NCBI GenBank assembly: GCA_047495785.1
Contig: JBLDXI010000032.1
Span: forward strand, 496,001 to 560,000
Source: Lepidodermella squamata
Lineage: Eukaryota; Animalia; Gastrotricha
Length of the DNA: 64,000 nucleotides
Direction: 5' to 3'
Positions 59,470 to 64,000 of the stretch are shown one piece after another. The notes beneath the pieces were generated by a model that was not told where the DNA came from, made no database searches, and was given only the letters and a program-made list of their open reading frames with translations. A program made the position numbers and the translations under genes. The first letter of the stretch is position 1; the number at the start of each line of letters is the position of its first letter.

Positions 59470-62022
59470 ATGCTCTTCTCGCAAGCTTCGGCTTTGGCCT
59501 TGTTAGTGATCAGCATGAAGGTCACGGCGCAGACTAGGCCTGTTCCACTTGATAAGCCCTATCGGCTTCAAGTGCTGACCACCTTCCCTCTTAGTGGACC
59601 TAACCCGGTCACATTCCCAGAAACTTGCATGACTGCGACTCGATTTCTCGCCGATGTAGTCAACTCTCGATCTGATATCTTGCCGGATTATAAACTAGAA
59701 ATCTACATCGTCGATGAGTGGAGCGACTCAACTTGGGCGTCTCGTGTACTCGTCGAATACGTCGAGAAGTTTCGTAACAACAACGATTCTACTCTATTTC
59801 AATCACCGACAGTTCTGGGCGCATCATCAAGTCTAGGATGCGCTCCATTCGCGCAGTTGTTGAAACCTCTGAACATGATCGCAACTACGTCAGGATGTGG
59901 AGCTCCGTCATTCATTGCTGACAGGGTACGTTATCCTAACCTTTACCGTCTTCAAACTCCTGGGGATATCGCAGCGCTACAAACCATTCGATTTATCAAA
60001 TCAGTGGGAAATTGGAGGCGCATTGGGGTTCTCATGATTCGGAATCCAACTGATATCGCATTGGCTACAACCTTCTATCAAAATGCAATCGCACTAGGTT
60101 TGACCATCGCCTATTTCGACTCGGTCGAAACTGTTGCTCTCGAGACTGTCCAGGCCTATAAGGACAACGACATCCGCATTTTTGTAACATTTTTTCAACG
60201 AAATACTGTTCTAATGGATTTCCTATGCTTTGCCTATGAACTCGGCATAACTGGACCCAAATACTACTTCATCGCCAGGGCTTACTCATTCATCAACCCG
60301 TCAACTATCACGAAAGACCCTCGTCCCGGATGCACTGTTGCAATCATAAGGCAGCAACTCAGAACGACCGTTTTCATCGCAGGCATTGGTGGAGTCCCGA
60401 AATCACCCGGAAATCAGGGTCCTACTTCTCTGGGATACGATCTTGTAGAATTCGAGGCTGCCTACGACCTTTATACGAACAAGTCACGCCCAGCTGATTA
60501 CACAAAGAGGCTGGAATGTCATGACGCAGCCTTGCAAATGGCAATTACTTTAAATGACACTGAGACACGGCTTAAGAAAATGAATCTCTCTCTGAAAGAC
60601 TACGCCAAATATCCCGAGACTGTTATGAAGGTCGCTAATGAGAGTGCTGGGGCGGTTGAATTGAGGACGCTGAGGTATGGCTACGAGCGCTACTCGTCCC
60701 GGATGGAAGTTGACAGCGAGCCAAACTACGTATTTTCATGGAACTTGGTTGGTGAATTTGTGTATAACTACAAAACATTCGCCAGAAGAGATTCGGTCCT
60801 CCTCAATCCGGATACGTATGAATTCCAATTGATGAGACCAATAGAGTGGGTAACAAGTGATGCGAAACCACCTAGAGATGCTGCTAGGGTGACTCATGTG
60901 AAGCACAATGAAGACCCAAGGCTTTTCTACGGTACTGTTTCTATCGGAGCTTTTCTGTCTATTCCACAGCTTGCTATCGTACTGAAGCTACTTTTCTCAC
61001 GCCACTCCGTTGGATTGGATAAGGATCGAATTGGTAGGGCCATTTTCATCTTTGGCTGCATCCTCCTTAACGTCGCATCGATGATTTTTGCGGGTAACAG
61101 CATACCGAACTCGAACCAAAGTCGGGTAATAATGTGTAGCGTGAAAATGGTCCTAGCCATCGTAGGATTTGCGACTATGCACGCTTACATATTTTCAAGG
61201 CTGTATTTCCTAAACCAAGATCTAGAAAGGGAGATTCATAGTCACAGGCCGAGAAGAACGATGCAAACCATCTTGGGTACGACTTTTGGTCGCACGAAAC
61301 GATCTAAAACAGTGCTAGTAGCTTCTAAAACGGCACAGAATATCCAAGAATCGACCTCCAAAGCACCTCCAAAAAGCACAGACAGCGACCCGAGGAGACC
61401 AAGTATACTTCGAACTAACCCTACCGATGCAGCAAGGAAGGTTTCGAGTCTGATAAGAGTCAAGCCTCCTGGAAAAGGTCATGAAAAATTCATATTCCTA
61501 TTTACTCTAGTCTTTGTTGCCATCAACTCTGCTTTGCTTTGTGCATGGCTTGTAACTGAGAAACAGTATTACGTCGTGGAAGATACTGGTCGTTCTTATG
61601 ACATAAAGGCTGATTTGTGGACGATATCCATGGAAGGCGAGTGCCACGCTGATCACAACATTTACTGGCTGGCATGCTTCGTCGCACTCCATGGGTGTCT
61701 CTTATTCTACGGAGGCTTCATCGCTTACAAATTGCGGCAGTTGACATCGAATAACACGCGGTTATCACCCGAACTTGCGCAGATGGCGACGCTCAGCATA
61801 GAAACAAGGCTTGCTGCTCTGAATTGCTTAACAATGCTTGCTGCTGGCATTCTGATCATCATCGGACTGCAGAACCCGACAGCTCAGAATGCTTTCATCG
61901 TCGGGATATTCCTATTTGAATCTCTCAGTGGCTTCATTGCTATTTCCTTCTCGCTCTTCAAAGACGCGGCCAAATTTATCTGCAGGAAGCCAGTTGACGT
62001 TCATTTCACTGACTCCTATTAA
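59470..62022 (+). CDS. GABA-B-like class C GPCR no.7, intronless
   Basis: 850-aa ORF: signal peptide, VFT (VNSRSDILPDY, DRVRYPNLYR), EWVTSDAKPPRD, 7 TM. Confidence 0.9.
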   Translation: MLFSQASALALLVISMKVTAQTRPVPLDKPYRLQVLTTFPLSGPNPVTFPETCMTATRFLADVVNSRSDILPDYKLEIYIVDEWSDSTWASRVLVEYVEKFRNNNDSTLFQSPTVLGASSSLGCAPFAQLLKPLNMIATTSGCGAPSFIADRVRYPNLYRLQTPGDIAALQTIRFIKSVGNWRRIGVLMIRNPTDIALATTFYQNAIALGLTIAYFDSVETVALETVQAYKDNDIRIFVTFFQRNTVLMDFLCFAYELGITGPKYYFIARAYSFINPSTITKDPRPGCTVAIIRQQLRTTVFIAGIGGVPKSPGNQGPTSLGYDLVEFEAAYDLYTNKSRPADYTKRLECHDAALQMAITLNDTETRLKKMNLSLKDYAKYPETVMKVANESAGAVELRTLRYGYERYSSRMEVDSEPNYVFSWNLVGEFVYNYKTFARRDSVLLNPDTYEFQLMRPIEWVTSDAKPPRDAARVTHVKHNEDPRLFYGTVSIGAFLSIPQLAIVLKLLFSRHSVGLDKDRIGRAIFIFGCILLNVASMIFAGNSIPNSNQSRVIMCSVKMVLAIVGFATMHAYIFSRLYFLNQDLEREIHSHRPRRTMQTILGTTFGRTKRSKTVLVASKTAQNIQESTSKAPPKSTDSDPRRPSILRTNPTDAARKVSSLIRVKPPGKGHEKFIFLFTLVFVAINSALLCAWLVTEKQYYVVEDTGRSYDIKADLWTISMEGECHADHNIYWLACFVALHGCLLFYGGFIAYKLRQLTSNNTRLSPELAQMATLSIETRLAALNCLTMLAAGILIIIGLQNPTAQNAFIVGIFLFESLSGFIAISFSLFKDAAKFICRKPVDVHFTDSY

Positions 62023-63097
62023 CAGACTTTAGCTAGCTGCTCGACTTTTCGAAGTCTATAATTATTGGTTTGTACTTGTATCCGTGTGAGTCGAAGTACA
62101 ATGTTGTGAGCGAATTTTAATAATAAATTTTTTAATTTATCATCTTTTGTGACTGAAGTGCTTTCGATTCAAAGCTGGCTCGATGCGTAATCAAATGGAT
62201 TCGAACTCTTGAGCGAACGGAACGGGACATTCAGTGTATTTTTAGCGTTAACTGGAATAATTATAAATGTCGGGGGGTTTTAATTCCATTAATACCCTTG
62301 CCTGCTTCCTCGTATCTGGAAATAGCATCTGAAAATCCGGACAGCTGAAAATAACCCCCACGATTTGGTTGGGATTTGAGTGTCGTATGTCACCAACTTG
62401 AAAGACTCGAAAATTACGTTAATCCCTTCCTCACTCTGGCTTGCTTTCGAATTTGAATACTTTTGCAATGTCCCCGGGCAGCTTTCAAGTTGAGATTTTG
62501 CTTACACAGGCGTAAAGACTGAGTCGTGGTAATCACCTGGAATCCAAGACATGTTTGTTTTCAAACGTATACGGGGTGCATTAGCAAGATTGAAGAGATC
62601 GAGTAAAAGTCGGACACCCGTTTGGGCGGCGTCTTTAGCAACATTTTTTAGGACTACCCGGACTTGCTCCTATCTTTTGATCAATCAAACTGATCAATCC
62701 GATGAAATTCTTTGAAATAAACTTGTCAACTTGTATGAAATGGATGCATGGCTTATAAAACCCCGTTTGAAGCCCAACTAATGATGAAAGCTGTTTCCGT
62801 GAAGGCTTTGTCATTGGCGAACTTCGGACTTCGATGGTTCTGATGATTAAGAATAAGCATCACCAAATAGCCAGTCCGGTAAAAAATGACCGTGTTAGGT
62901 ATTATAGCTTGGATATTAATAAATAATCTCCAAGTTCTATCACTGCTCGCTCTATTATAGACACCCGGCTGATACCGCCGTGGGAGAGCTGATAAGGAAC
63001 GAGATTAAGGTGACCGGTTGTCCACAATTTTTTAACCACTTCGGTGCAAGCACACTAAAGTCAAGAGTAAAAAAGAAATTATACTTTGATCGTGTCC

Positions 63098-63790
63098 ATG
63101 GATCAGCCAAATTACACTCTACATTACTTCCACGCCCGCGGTCGAGGCGAGTTGGTTCGCTACATGTTCACCTACAGCAAGATTCCATTCATCGACCGCC
63201 GATTCACTATGCAAGAATGGCCTCCGATCAAAACTCTGACGCCTTTGGGTCAGGTTCCTATCCTAGAGTGGCGTAAGGATGGAAAAAAGCAAGCTATCAT
63301 CCAAAGCGGCGCTATCATCCGCCACGTCGCAGCTGTCGCTGGGCTGTACGGAAGCAGTGACGAAGAGGCTGCTCGAGCCGATGAAGCCTACGAAAGCTTG
63401 AAGGAAGTACAGGAAGCTATGTACAAAGCCATTTTCGAACCTGACCCAGCCAGGAAGGAGGCGAACAGGACTGCGCTTCGGGAGAACGTCCTCCCGCGTG
63501 TTTTCAAGTTCCTAGAGAAGAAACTGCAAGAAAACAACGGAAAAAATCTTGCCGGTGGTGAAAACGTGAGCTTTTAATTTCTGTCTGTACCTATTACAAA
63601 TTTTCCTACGTAACAGTACACATACGCTGACATCTATTTGGCACAGTACTTTGACTCATTGAGACGAAGCGGGACGGTCGAAGATTCAGACTGGGACATT
63701 GCCCCAGGTCTTGTGGCCTTGGGAAAGACAATAGAAGCAACGCCTGAAATCGCGGCATACCTTGCGAAACGCGAAAATACTCCATTTTAA
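63098..63790 (+). CDS. Glutathione S-transferase, sigma-class-like (GST-8)
   Basis: YTLHYFHARGRGELVRYMF, TPLGQVPILE, IQSGAIIRHVA, YTYADI, KRENTPF*. One intron near 63566-63616. Confidence 0.93.
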
Positions 63791-64000
63791 GACGACATCG
63801 TAACAGTGACAATCAAATGCCAAGAAACATTTAGCGCTTAAAAACGTAATAAAAATTAACGATGCTAGCAAATGCTGCCTCGACTAGAAACGTGAAGCTC
63901 AGGGTGACTTGTTTGTCTAGTGGCTCCGTGAGAATCAACAGAATAAGCACCGTCGCAGTTATGAGAGTTATTGAGTTGATCAAAGTGCTGACAATGTTGC

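Noticed and set aside
33979-62022. Calling the receptors GABBR1/GABBR2 or receptor guanylyl cyclases
   Set aside because: They are too divergent and have no coiled-coil tail; seven TM segments and no kinase/cyclase domain exclude guanylyl cyclases.

Overview
Eukaryotic (animal) genomic DNA from a compact genome with very short GT-AG introns (about 48-65 bp); I cannot assign the taxon from sequence alone. The left end holds housekeeping genes: the 5' part of an ANKHD1/MASK-type ankyrin gene, a hAT transposase remnant and PPP2R3C. The remaining ~58 kb is rich in chemical-defence and receptor genes. These are eight sigma-class-like glutathione S-transferases (one lacking the catalytic Tyr), two clan-3 cytochrome P450s and an SLC35D nucleotide-sugar transporter. 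There is also a 379-aa intronless metallothionein-like protein built from 16 seven-Cys modules, a 60-aa Cys/CP-motif microprotein, a three-domain trypsin-family protease and one orphan class A GPCR. Finally, seven divergent GABA-B-like class C GPCRs lack the C-terminal coiled coil and are nearly intronless. A 929-bp Tc1/mariner-type non-autonomous element with ~190-bp TIRs sits in a P450 intron. The leading hypothesis (inference) is a physically linked 'sense-and-detoxify' cluster. Exon boundaries were read by eye and are approximate.
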